From positions 76,632,001-76,696,000 of the forward strand of contig OZ024747.1 in assembly GCA_964016885.1 (NCBI GenBank): a stretch of DNA of 64,000 bases, given 5' to 3'. Each line of letters opens with the position of its first letter. Position 1 is the first letter of the stretch. Positions 39,914 through 52,389 of this stretch are shown here, piece by piece. The position numbers were made by a program, and so were the translations under genes. The notes beneath the pieces were generated by a model. That model did not search any database and was not told the origin of the DNA. It saw nothing but the letters and a program-made list of their open reading frames with translations. Source of the DNA: Eledone cirrhosa. Taxonomy: Eukaryota.

Positions 39914-42010
39914 ATGGCTACGAAAAAGAAATTTCATACGTCACTCCCACTCATTCCGTCTTCTTCTTCCTCAATCATCACTACAGCAGAGAGAAGATTG
40001 TCTCTCTCCCTCCCTTCTTTAAATGTGTCTCTCTCCCTCCCTTCTCTTTCGCAAGTGACGAAAGAAAAGAAAAGTCTCGTGCAAAGCGTGCAAGGTTTCT
40101 CCACGACGACGACGACAGCGACGAAACAGGTGTGCGGGAAATACGAAAACCCAGTTCATTCGTCTGACGTCAGGAATAATAGCAGTAGCAGCCGTAATAA
40201 CAACAGCAACAGTGACAATGAAAACAACAGTAGCAGCCGCAACAGCATCACCAGCAGCATAAACAACAACAGCATTAGCAGCAGCAACACCAACAACAAC
40301 CACAGCAACAGCGGCGGAGGCAGTAGTCGTAGTACCTGCAGCAACAACAAAAGTACCAGCAGCTCTGACGACAACAACAACAGCAGAGAAAAACCAATCT
40401 CATTTGCAGGTATTGCGAAAAACTTGGAAACAATCCTCATAACAAATGAGGAATTAGAGGAAGCGAAGAAGATGGTGACAAAGAATGGACACCGAGCAAT
40501 CTGCAAGGCAGCGGAAAAATTTTTCGAAACCCAAGAGCACTGTACGGTCACGTACCGTACAGTAAGTACAAAATCCCGTAGGGTGGAAAGAGCCACAGAG
40601 GCCCAAATACAAAAAGCCTTGGGGTCTGTGTGGCAGCGGAAAACGCACATCACCCGAGGCAAAAAATATGCCACCGTAGACGTACTTTTTGCCACACCCC
40701 AGGAGGCAAAGGCCCAATCAGTAGTGACCCTAAGGAGCGAGGAAATGGTGTTGGTGCCCTCCTACTGCGGGCAAAAAATTGTGAGGGTCAAACTGACCCA
40801 CGTCCCCCCCGGAATGACCCCTTCTTGGCTGGCCGCGCCTGTCCTCGTCGGAATCGAGGACAAAACAACTGTACTGCAAGTACAGAAAAAAGTAAGAGAA
40901 GATTGGGTCGGCTCCTCCATTGAGATGCTAATCCAAACCAACCAGGAGTGCATCGAAGCTATCCCGGATGTGATAGACTTCGATAACGGCACTCAACTGC
41001 CCATAAGTGTTGAGGGCAAACGCCCGAAATGCTTTCGCTGTGGATCGAAGACTCACCTCAGGGCCTTCTGCAACGAGAAGACCCTGAGAAAGGAGAAAAC
41101 CCCCCTCCTTCCGAATCCGGCTCCACGGCTACCAGCAACAGGACAAGCGGCAACCAGGAACGATAGGTCCGTGGCACCCATACCCACTCCACGGAAATCA
41201 AAGACAGCAGCAGCAGTGGAAATATTAACAACAACAACAGCAATACCAAATGCAGCTGCAACAGAGACTCCAGTGCAAACATCACCAACAACAACAAGTG
41301 AAAGAGTGGAGCTGGTACCCCTCCCCGACCTTACAGAATCAGACATGGAGTGTGAGGTGGGAGAGGGATGGCAAAAGGTCGCAAGAAGGCACAAACGCAG
41401 AAGCAGCGCATCGTCGCCTTTGAAAAGGGAGGAAAGAAATGAGAAAAGGGTAAAGTCTACTGCAAAGAGACCCACAGCAGCAACACCACCAACACCATCA
41501 CCACCCACACCAGCACCACCATCACCACCGGCGACAACCCCACCGCCAACAACACCTTCAACACCACCACCACAAGCACCAACATCGCAAACACAACAAC
41601 AAAACACACACACCCAGCAACAACGACAAGAAAATAGCAGAACCACACCCCACCCCCAGAAAAACAAATGCACGGCAATAAACACACACAACAAGAAACT
41701 AATGACTTACATAATTGAACACACAGACATTTCACAACAGGACTACATAATACCAGCACCAATCAAAACGCCAACTAACATAAGACTGCTAAAAATAGCA
41801 CAGAAACAATACACAAACATTAAAACGAAATTCCCCAACGCAGTTGGTGATTTCAGGGACCTAGGAGGAACCATCAATCGAAGAGTATATTCAGACATTC
41901 TCTTAGAAGAGCCGACGACCAGCCGAAGGGACGATTCAACGGTCCCTTCACCAGACGATCAAGTGAAAAGGGATGTAAAAACCATCCCTCCTCTACCAAA
42001 AGTACGGTAA
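39914..42010 (+). CDS. LINE ORF1p, nucleic-acid-binding protein with a CCHC zinc knuckle
   Basis: Open frame of about 698 aa from the first ATG. It contains CFRCGSKTHLRAFC (CX2CX4HX4C) and S/N-rich and P/T-rich linkers, and lies directly upstream of ORF2. Confidence 0.88.
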   Translation: MATKKKFHTSLPLIPSSSSSIITTAERRLSLSLPSLNVSLSLPSLSQVTKEKKSLVQSVQGFSTTTTTATKQVCGKYENPVHSSDVRNNSSSSRNNNSNSDNENNSSSRNSITSSINNNSISSSNTNNNHSNSGGGSSRSTCSNNKSTSSSDDNNNSREKPISFAGIAKNLETILITNEELEEAKKMVTKNGHRAICKAAEKFFETQEHCTVTYRTVSTKSRRVERATEAQIQKALGSVWQRKTHITRGKKYATVDVLFATPQEAKAQSVVTLRSEEMVLVPSYCGQKIVRVKLTHVPPGMTPSWLAAPVLVGIEDKTTVLQVQKKVREDWVGSSIEMLIQTNQECIEAIPDVIDFDNGTQLPISVEGKRPKCFRCGSKTHLRAFCNEKTLRKEKTPLLPNPAPRLPATGQAATRNDRSVAPIPTPRKSKTAAAVEILTTTTAIPNAAATETPVQTSPTTTSERVELVPLPDLTESDMECEVGEGWQKVARRHKRRSSASSPLKREERNEKRVKSTAKRPTAATPPTPSPPTPAPPSPPATTPPPTTPSTPPPQAPTSQTQQQNTHTQQQRQENSRTTPHPQKNKCTAINTHNKKLMTYIIEHTDISQQDYIIPAPIKTPTNIRLLKIAQKQYTNIKTKFPNAVGDFRDLGGTINRRVYSDILLEEPTTSRRDDSTVPSPDDQVKRDVKTIPPLPKVR

Positions 42011-42045
42011 GTGGTCTTTCCCATCTTTTCCACTCTATTTTAAAC

Positions 42046-45000
42046 ATGACCTCACTCAGAATAGGCAGCATAAATGCGCGTGGCTTGGGGTCGTCATGGA
42101 AGCAGGGTCACCTGCTCAACGACCTCAGGTCACTAAACATAGATGTAGTGGCCATCAGCGAGACCAGAATCTCCGAAGCACGGGCCTTCGCACCGATCTT
42201 CGGCGGCTACGATGTGTACGCATCTCCCAGCCGTCCTGGATCGGGTGGAGGAGTTGCTGTGCTTTTTCGGAGAGGTTTGGATCTCGCCATACGGGCCATC
42301 TTCCTGGACCCAGAGGGTAAGCTGGTGGTGCTGGACGTGACCAGCGGAGACGGGCAAGCTTTCAGGCTAGTGGCCGTCTATGCCCCGACAGGAGCAGGGC
42401 GGCCTGATTTCTTCCGGCGTCTGGAGACCTTTCTTGGAACGTCCCGCTCTTTAGTGTTAGTGGGCGACTGGAACGGGATCTTAGATGCACGCTGGGACTG
42501 TGTGGGATTAGCGGATAGGGGTGGAGGGTGCAAGAGCCTCACCAACCTGCTCAGGCGTTTTGAACTGTCTGACAGGTACCGATTGGATTTCCCGAATGTG
42601 CCAATGTGGACTTGGACAAACCGCATAGGGTCATCCAGATCATATCTAGATAGAGTATTTTGTAGGGAAATAGATAGGTCTAGCATAGGCTGTCCACAAT
42701 TCAAGATAGTCAGCTACACGGACCACAAATTCGTGACCTGTGTGCTTGACTTAGATAGGCTTCATAGACGAGGACCCGGCTACTGGAAGCTAAACGCGTC
42801 CTTACCAGCGCGCAAGGCCTACAGAGACCGGATTAGCGAACTAGTTAAGCGGGCGTTGACGGGGGCCATCGTCAACAACAAGTGGTGGTTTGCTCTGAAA
42901 AGAGCGATTAGAATAGAATCGATTAGGTTTAGTAAGGCTTTAGCAATAGAGAAAAATAGAGCAGAGGGAGAACTAGTTAGAAAATTAGACGAGGCGCTTA
43001 GCAAAGGCATTGCGACCGACGTGCTTGCGGCGAAATTGGCCCTTGACCAATTCTTCAATGCAAAGCACGAAGGCTGCGTTGTCAGAGCTAGGGTGCGTGC
43101 TCTCAGACACGAGGGGACGAAAGCCGTTCAATGGGCCCGAGTGGCGGAGGCGCGTCGTGGCAACAAAGCCACGATCCGGTCTTTGGTGGACCACGACGGG
43201 CGCATGCTACTCGATCCCGGGCAAATGTGTGAAGCTTTTCAGCGACACTTCGCTCAGCTGTTCGGGGGCAGCGGGGGGCCGGGTAGAGGGATGGACTTTA
43301 GTGTCTACCTCGACGGACTGCCGCGGCTCTCGGCCACTGAGGCGAGGTGTTGCGAAAAGCCGATAACAGCCGCTGAAGTACGGGAGGCAATGACTGGCTG
43401 CACAAGGGGTAAATCGCCTGGTTTGGATGGTCTGCCCTATGAACTTTACGTACAGATGCCAGACTTGTTCGGAGGCCTCTTGGCGGACGTCTACTGCAAC
43501 TGGCAACAGAACGGGAGAATTCCCAGTTCTGTGAGCCGAGGAGCGGTGGCACTGCTGAGAAAGGATCCGAACAAGGGGGATAACATAGACAATTTCCGGC
43601 CCATAACTCTGCTAAACACAGAGTTTAAGATTTTGGCCAAGGTGCTAGCAAAGAGGTTGGCGCTTGTCGTTGGTGGTCTGGTGGGAGAGGCGCAGACATG
43701 CGCCATTCCCGACAGATCCATCCACGACAACCTCCACCTCATGCGATACATCGTAGAGAGGGTAGCTAGGGAACCTGGCACGGGTGGGTCCTTGATCAAT
43801 TTAGATCAGTCGAAAGCTTTCGATAGGGTCGACCATCGTTACCTAGCGGCAGTCCTGAGGGCGGCTGGCTTTGGGCCCGTCTTCAGAGGCTGGATCGCTG
43901 CCATGCACAGCGACATCTGCTCTGTGGTGAGAGTGAACGGTCACCTGTCGGAACCGTTCAACATCATGCGCTCGGTCCGCCAAGGATGTCCCCTCTCGTC
44001 CCTCTTGTACGTATTGACTCTCGAGCCATTACTGCACAAACTGGAGACGTTGAGGGGAGTCCCGCGCGAACTAGGATGCGGAAGATCCGTGTCAGCATAT
44101 GCGGACGATGTCACCGTAGTGGTGTCGAACGCCAAACACATCGAGGCGATCGGCACTACACTAAGAGAATACGAAGCGGTGACAGGAGCAATGATCAACC
44201 AGGAAAAGTCAGTGGGCCTGCAGCTCGGCACCTGGAGAGGCAGGTCCATGCCGTCCAACAGCGTCGTCGGGCGCTGGACGGACGGACCGGTTAAATTGCT
44301 AGGGGTCTGGTTCGGTCCGGACCTCCAGACGGACAAAAACTGGGACGAGGTGACGAGCAGGGTGGCTTCTCTCACCCAGAAATGGGCGGAGAGGAAGCTA
44401 TCCCTGAAAGGTCGAGCGGAGGTGGCTAACGCGTACATCGCGTCTGTCATCTGCTACCGCCTAACCGTCGTACCTTGTCCTAAGCCTCGCCTGACTGCGC
44501 TGGAGCGTTTGCTCTTTCGCTTTTTGTGGAAGGGACGTGCTCCGATGGTCAGGCGGTCCATCTGTTGTCAACACCCGCTACGTGGAGGGCTGGGCATGCC
44601 GTGGCTGATGATGCGCAGGCACGCGCTCAGGCTACGACATCTCCACCTCTTCCTCGACGGTGATCAGGTGTGGTCGCCGTTTGCTAGACGCGTTTTTCCC
44701 CAGCTCGTTTCCTTGACGGAGCTGCAGTCCTGGGTCAAGCGAAGACCGAGAGGGAGCGCCTGGAGACTGGAATGTCTTCAGGCGCTCACAGCCCTCGACC
44801 AATCGGGCAATGTGATCGGTGGAAACTCCACCTCGGCGTTCTATAGAGGATTAGTGGAGGGGAAGAGCGACGACGTACTTGGGGAAACTCTAGGCGTCGA
44901 CGAAAATCAACTAGCCAATCTCTTCGGAAGAACTTTCGGGCCAGGGCCTATGGACAACTTCCAGAAATCTCTGGCCTGGCAGTGCTACCGAGGAGCCTTG

Positions 45001-45465
45001 CCAGTTCGGGATAAACTCTACAGGCATGGAGGTGCCGTCAGCCGGGCATGTCCGAGATGCGCGCAGGGCGACGAAACCGTCCTGCACGCACTCGTCCAGT
45101 GTCCGAAAATTGCTGACTTGTGGGTTTATGTCGAACACCTGCTGTCGCGTTTAGGACGGATCCAGCTATCATCTGAGTCTATCGTGAGGATTGCCCCGCC
45201 CTCCTCCTTTAGCCGGGAAGGGCAGGCAGTTTTTATCTGTCTGGTGGCCATGGCGAAAGAGATAGTATGGTGGACACGTTTGAAAGGGCTGAAGACAAGC
45301 ACTTACCTCTTCGGTGATGCTCTGATTGACTTTTTCAAATTTCATTTGAAAAGGAAAATCAGAGTAGAGAAGGAAGTGCTCTCTTCCCAGCATTTTGTTG
45401 AAAGATGGGTGAGAGAAGCAAGAATGGCCCGAGTGAATGGGCCGACTCTGAGTATATATCTGTAA
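42046..45465 (+). CDS. LINE ORF2p: apurinic-like endonuclease, reverse transcriptase and C-terminal zinc finger
   Basis: 1139 aa. Endonuclease motifs INARG, SETR, GDWN, LDR, TDH. RT motifs KSPGLDG, FRPITLLN, DQSKAFDRV, QGCPLS, YADD. C-terminal CPRC..ETVLHALVQC. Confidence 0.97.
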   Translation: MTSLRIGSINARGLGSSWKQGHLLNDLRSLNIDVVAISETRISEARAFAPIFGGYDVYASPSRPGSGGGVAVLFRRGLDLAIRAIFLDPEGKLVVLDVTSGDGQAFRLVAVYAPTGAGRPDFFRRLETFLGTSRSLVLVGDWNGILDARWDCVGLADRGGGCKSLTNLLRRFELSDRYRLDFPNVPMWTWTNRIGSSRSYLDRVFCREIDRSSIGCPQFKIVSYTDHKFVTCVLDLDRLHRRGPGYWKLNASLPARKAYRDRISELVKRALTGAIVNNKWWFALKRAIRIESIRFSKALAIEKNRAEGELVRKLDEALSKGIATDVLAAKLALDQFFNAKHEGCVVRARVRALRHEGTKAVQWARVAEARRGNKATIRSLVDHDGRMLLDPGQMCEAFQRHFAQLFGGSGGPGRGMDFSVYLDGLPRLSATEARCCEKPITAAEVREAMTGCTRGKSPGLDGLPYELYVQMPDLFGGLLADVYCNWQQNGRIPSSVSRGAVALLRKDPNKGDNIDNFRPITLLNTEFKILAKVLAKRLALVVGGLVGEAQTCAIPDRSIHDNLHLMRYIVERVAREPGTGGSLINLDQSKAFDRVDHRYLAAVLRAAGFGPVFRGWIAAMHSDICSVVRVNGHLSEPFNIMRSVRQGCPLSSLLYVLTLEPLLHKLETLRGVPRELGCGRSVSAYADDVTVVVSNAKHIEAIGTTLREYEAVTGAMINQEKSVGLQLGTWRGRSMPSNSVVGRWTDGPVKLLGVWFGPDLQTDKNWDEVTSRVASLTQKWAERKLSLKGRAEVANAYIASVICYRLTVVPCPKPRLTALERLLFRFLWKGRAPMVRRSICCQHPLRGGLGMPWLMMRRHALRLRHLHLFLDGDQVWSPFARRVFPQLVSLTELQSWVKRRPRGSAWRLECLQALTALDQSGNVIGGNSTSAFYRGLVEGKSDDVLGETLGVDENQLANLFGRTFGPGPMDNFQKSLAWQCYRGALPVRDKLYRHGGAVSRACPRCAQGDETVLHALVQCPKIADLWVYVEHLLSRLGRIQLSSESIVRIAPPSSFSREGQAVFICLVAMAKEIVWWTRLKGLKTSTYLFGDALIDFFKFHLKRKIRVEKEVLSSQHFVERWVREARMARVNGPTLSIYL

Positions 45466-45725
45466 ACTAAAGGTGGAAAACTGGGAGAGGGCACTTGCCT
45501 TGGTGGTCAGGGTCATTGTGGCTTTTTACTGGGCTTTCTCCACAAATGTCCCTCCGAAGTCTCCCCCCTATTGGGGAATTTTTCATTGTTATTTTCATTG
45601 TTATTTTTGTTACATCCTCTGTTTTTGTTTTTTTACACGCAGAAATGCCCATTTGTACCGTCCTGCATTGTCCTGCACTGTCCTTAATGTCTACTTTATG
45701 TAAACCCTTGTGGTTAATAAAGAAA

Positions 45726-45765
<40 letters not shown>

Positions 45766-45826
45766 ATACAAACCCACACTATCTCTCTCTCTATCTCTCT
45801 CACACACACACTCACGCACACACTCA

Positions 45827-45873
<47 letters not shown>

Positions 45874-45884
45874 ACACACTCACG

Positions 45885-45927
<43 letters not shown>

Positions 45928-46308
45928 CTATGACATGTATACAAAACAGTTCTAAACAACTTCCTTTACCCTTTACCAACTAAAGACGTGATATTTATGC
46001 TATCCTTACTAGAAACCTGCTTCGCTATCGAAATATACTTAGTCAGCCTATTTCTATAGATAATTTAATTTATACACACGTACACACACACACACACACA
46101 CACACGTACACACACACACACGTACACATATATTCACACGTACATACACACATACACACACGTACACACAATTTAATAGGAACTTTTAAAGAAATGTTTT
46201 AAATAATTGGGTTCACTCCTTGGTGCCAGGTAGATATCCTTACCACACCCCCTAATTAGAGTAACAAGCTCTTAGACGCTCCCAGGTATATATATGTATA
46301 TATGTATA

Positions 46309-46359
<51 letters not shown>

Positions 46360-47820
46360 ATGAAAATATATAAAACTATGAAAAATATATATCATTTACT
46401 TACATATATATATTTACATACTTACACAAGAACAGCTGAAAATATCTTGTATGTATAATATATGTATGTATATATGCGTGTTTATGTGTGTGCGTGCGTG
46501 TGTGTGTGCGTGTGTGTGCGTGCGTGTGCGTGTGCGTGCGTGTGCGTGTGTGTGCGTGTGTGTGTGTGTGCGTGCGTGTGCGTGTATGTGTGTGTGCGTG
46601 TGCGTGTGCGTGTGCGTGTGTGTGCGTGTATGTGTGTGTGTGTGTGCGTGCGTGTGTGTGCGTGTGCGTGTGCGTGTGCGTGTGCGTGTGCGTGTGTGTT
46701 TCTACTGGCTGTCGTCACAGAGCCAACAATATGGACAAATATTAAAACATTCCTCAGTAGTTAAGTAGAATTAAATATGTAATGTTATTAACACATCGGA
46801 AGAGGGTCGGATATATTCTTTAAAGACTCCAGTTGCATTTTCAATTTCTTTTCCCTATATATATATATATATATATATATAGTTTAATGATAGACAAGAC
46901 AAACACAGAGATGTAAAAACACAAAGTCTTATTAGTTTCACGCTTGGGAAGAAGTAAATGATATAAATAGTAAGATAGATAGATATTGATATTGATACAT
47001 TAGGAGTGTGCTAGCAGCCGGATTGTATGATAAATTTATACTTGTATAAATACCGAGTGTACCCTCAGACAAAAAAAAAAGATTAAGCTTACTACAATAA
47101 GCTTATTGACAATAAAGATAAATATAAGTTAAAGATGTGTAGTTCGATTATTCTCGATATAGATGATTTTCGATATTAAAAGTGATTTAAAATTTGTTAA
47201 ACGTAAGTTAGTTGCTTAAAATTTGTGCCTACGTCTTTATACAGAAATTAAGAAGCATCTACATACACTACAGAGAGTGAGAGAAAGGTATAAAGAGTGA
47301 GAGAGAGAGAAAGAAAATGAGAGAGAGGAGGTCGAAAGAGAGAGAGAATGGGAGTGAGAAAGAGAAGAACACAGAAATTAACCAAGAACTTTTATATCTG
47401 CTCCATTATCACCTTTTAAATCACCAACTCGGCCGTCCTTTAAAATTTCTCATTTTAATTTATTGACTTCCACCCACCAAACAGCAACACCTCACACCGT
47501 ACAACCTAAACCCATTATACAGAAACCCACATACACACATACACCAAGACACACACACTCACTCTCTCACACTTACACCAACACACACACACACACACAC
47601 ACACTCACTCACACACATTAGATCACCTCCTCTTTCACAATATTTCCAGTGCTCTACCCTCCGGCTTATACCTTAATAGTTAGATATTCTAACAAGCACA
47701 CCCACACACACACCTCTAATTCTTTCATTTATTTTCAGCACTCACACATACACCCACAAGCACTTGCTCATTACACATACACACACACACACACACATAT
47801 CACACGCACACACACATACT

Positions 47821-47852
<32 letters not shown>

Positions 47853-47854
47853 TA

Positions 47855-47904
<50 letters not shown>

Positions 47905-48427
47905 TAAAGGGCATTAGTTCCTGCTTTATAAACTAGTTTCTTTCTGCAGGCTGCAGGCTAACACTAACAAACTGTAATCATGATCAGATGCACAATATTA
48001 GGGGATGTTTTGGCCTCAAGCTGCTCTACCACTAGCACCAAAACAACAATAAAATAATAACAAAAACAAAAACACCACTAACAACAACAACAACAATAAC
48101 AGCAGTAATAACGAAACTTATAAAAAGAAAAGAGAATAAAAAAAAAGCCAGCAATCGCAACAACAAGAACAGACACGACCCCTACAGTATTCCTCCAGGG
48201 GAAATGACTCACATAGATATGTGGAGTGAATCAAAATACAAAAAGAGTCGCCCTCATCCTTCCCTACTACCAAAAAACAATAGATTTAGCCCATGGCTAT
48301 GTTTGCCGGCATCAAAATGATATTTTGAAATCTCTTGCTGGCAAATTTCATTTTGCACTCATCACAATTCTATCAATCTATTTTTATCTATATATATCTC
48401 GCAATATATTTCAGTTAACATTCACGC

Positions 48428-48539
<112 letters not shown>

Positions 48540-48605
48540 TTGTGTGTATGTGTGTGTAAATAAACCGTTTTTGTACAGCCGACCATGTTATTCTTCATTC
48601 TTTTA

Positions 48606-48693
<88 letters not shown>

Positions 48694-49469
48694 TGCATAT
48701 ACATATTGCAAAAAATTCCTCCAAGAAATCCCGGATAAACCTCTATACTAGAAATAATTCTTTACATTGTTAAATTATAAAGACATTGCTGTAATATTCC
48801 TATAGAAAATACCATTCAGCATATCCGTATAATATAAGTATTAAAAGAGAATGTTTCAAAATATATTTCAAGATCGGATATTTTTTCAATAGAATCACCA
48901 AAACATTTAAGAGAATCTCTAATCATTTAAATATAAAACGGCAATAAAATTACTCTGTTAGTATATAATTGCTATATTTCAAAGATAAAGATAGGCTTTA
49001 TGAATCTAAGGTCGTAATAAGGATAGTAAATAAGTAATAAGATATATGTAAAACTAAAAGTCTTCTATCTGGTCAGCCATCTTGTGTGTATTTATCTGCA
49101 GGATTACGTCTCGATTAGTTGAGTCTCTTGTCCAGTTTTCAATCGTTTCCAATGCCATTATATTTACATACATATATATATTCTACATATAAGTCATTTG
49201 ATTAACACTAGTCTCTGTTTATAATTGAAACAATTTCTTCCTTTCTTCTTCTTTCCAATTGCTAATCAATCTATCGGTCGCAACTCCCCTCAGAAGCAAC
49301 ATGAAATAAAGCGGCTAGCACAAATATACAATGTATCATCCGGTACGACAATAGAACTCACAACTTCATGACTACGAATACAACTCTTTAACTACTGAAC
49401 CACATGCCTTCTTTGTTAAAAAAGAAATATATATACATATATATTTTTTTTTTCGATCGACTTTCGTCA

Positions 49470-49669
49470 AATCGGACCAAGGAAACAATGTTTCCATTGG
49501 TCTTTCCAATTGCTGATACTATCTATCGGTCGCAACTCCAGGTAGAAGGAGCAATGTGAAATAAAGTGTCTTGCTCAAGGACATAACGCATCACCCGATC
49601 CGGGAATCGAACTCATAACCTCACGATTGTGAACCCAATTCGCTAACCAACTCAGCCATACGCCTTCAC
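49470..49669 (-). mobile_element. tRNA-derived SINE of a second family; 3' part also at 21645-21741 (+)
   Basis: The reverse complement has a tRNA-like head (tggctgagttggttagcg..gagttcgattcccg) and gtccttgagcaagacacttt. The sequence tcggaccaaggaaacaatgtttccattg is shared with the 21.7-kb locus. Confidence 0.7.
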
Positions 49670-50302
49670 ATATATATAAAGAGAAAATAAAGAAGTAAAA
49701 ATATAGAAAAACAATCGCATAAACCGAAATAACCAGAACAGCATCAAAATCTAAAATGTTACAATTATATTGTCATATAAATTTAATATAAAAAATAGAC
49801 ATTTATGAATAATATCCTAAAGACTGTTCTTTCCTACAGTTAAATGTATTACAGTGAAAAAGTTGGCATTTAGTTTTTATTTTGTCTTTATTTTAGTTTC
49901 TTGTTGCTGTTTTTTTCACACGACTTTCCTGTCGATTGCGGATAAGACAGGACAGTGGATGGATGAGTTGGAGAAAACATGAAAACTCCTTTCATCGGTT
50001 GAATATAAATGAAAAGAGGAAAATAAAACAAATATTGCTAACAACAAGTAGAACAGAAGTTTAGTAATGTGCATTATATATTCTAATGAAATGTTTAGTC
50101 AAAACACCGCCATCCATAAATTGGTTTTGTCTCTGGAAATTTATGTGCAAGTATATGTTTCCATGTTTCTGATTTCTTCTTTTTCTTCTTCTTCTTCTTC
50201 TTCTTCTTCTTCTTCTTCTTCTTCTTCTTCTTCTTCTTCTTCTTCTTCTCCTACCTTCTGACCTCTTCTTTCCTTCATCTTGTTGCCTTCTTCTTCTTCT
50301 TC

Positions 50303-50334
<32 letters not shown>

Positions 50335-50377
50335 TTATATTCCATATTGGTGTATGATTTTCACAATTTGTTTATGC

Positions 50378-50465
<88 letters not shown>

Positions 50466-51437
50466 CATTATTATTTATGAAAATATCTATTTATTTATTT
50501 ATTTGTTTGTTTGTTTCTATTGTTATATTTTTATTATATGATATAATTCATTTTCCTGAAAATCTTTTCACCAAACTTTTATATATCGCCACCATCCCTA
50601 CCCCTTCCCCCCAACCACCACCACCACCACCACCATCACCACCACCGTCCGCCGTCCATCCATCCATCCATCCATCTATCCATCCATCCTCACCTGACTA
50701 AATAAATTATGAGGTGTGTGTGTGTGTTGTTATGGTGTTGTTGTGTTATGTTATGTTATGTTATGAAGGTATGATAGGAAGAGAGAGCGAGGAAGGAGGA
50801 GAAGGTAGAGAAGAGAAAGAAGGCGGAGAATGGTAAGGAGTAGGAGAAGGAGGAGTGGATTTAGTCTACATTGACGTTTGAGTGGTTACTGTATTAAGTC
50901 ATGCAATTCACTGTTCAAACTAATCTTAACTACCGTCTTGCGTGATTCTTGCTAGATACATCGCATTTCTCAATCGCGTGATACATAAATTACGTGGCCT
51001 GTCATGTCTTCTGCTCACGCCATCCATATATGGACGCCATGACAGCTCTGCTGGCTGCTACAGTAAATGGCGGCAAAACACGTGAAGGGCAGTGTGCAAT
51101 AGGAGAGTTAATTACATGCTTACATCAAAATATAATTGAATCGAGAAACATAACCTTCTGCATACTTTTTCCCTCTCTCACACAGTCATATATTTAATCA
51201 TGCTCTATAACAACATATAGAGTTTCTTTAAAGTTACAAAATAATAATGATAATAATAACAACAACAACAATGATAATAATAATGATAATGATAATAAGT
51301 AATAATAAAAATAATAATAATATAAGAGGAAGGAAATAAAATAAAACGCGATAAAAAAATTCAGTAAATAAATATAGAATATCACGTGATAAAACCAAAC
51401 TCATAAAATACAGACTTTAATATATATATATACATAA

Positions 51438-51522
<85 letters not shown>

Positions 51523-51845
51523 TATATATATTTATATTTATGTATATATATATATGTATATATATGTATATATAAATATGTATATATGTATGTATATATG
51601 TATATGTCTGTGTGTGTGTATATATATGTATCTATGTGTGTGTATGTTTGTATATATGTTCGTATATATTTATGTATGTGTGTGTGTGTATATATATATA
51701 TATATGTATGTATGCATTTATGTATGTAAGTATGTATGCATGCATGTATATATTTATGTATGAATAGATGGATTCTTGCGTGCGTGAAAATAATTTTATG
51801 AATTAAAAGTATGTGTTGTTGTGTGGTGTGTGTGCGTGCTTCTGT

Positions 51846-51931
<86 letters not shown>

Positions 51932-52155
51932 TGTGGTGTGTGTGCTTGTGGTGTGTGTGTGCTTGTGTGGTGTGTGTGTTTGTGTGGTGTATGTGTGTGT
52001 GTGCTTGTGGTGTGTGTGTGTGCTTGTGGTGTGTGTGTGAAAGAGAACGAGAGATAAGGGAAATAATAATGTCCACACGCAAAACTCGAACTAAAACACC
52101 CACACATAGACGCACATAAACATCGATACACACACACACACATATATATATATAA

Positions 52156-52221
<66 letters not shown>

Positions 52222-52253
52222 ATGTATATACATATGTATATATGTATATATAT

Positions 52254-52323
<70 letters not shown>

Positions 52324-52353
52324 ATATATATGTATGTATATATGTATATATAT

Positions 52354-52389
<36 letters not shown>

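Larger units (their letters stand above)
39698..45727 (+). mobile_element. Full-length Tx1/L1-clade non-LTR retrotransposon in an (ATT)n microsatellite
   Basis: It has a 5'UTR, intact ORF1 and ORF2, and a 3'UTR ending AATAAAGAAATC followed by (ATT)12. (TTA)5 lies immediately upstream at 39681-39697. Confidence 0.93.
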
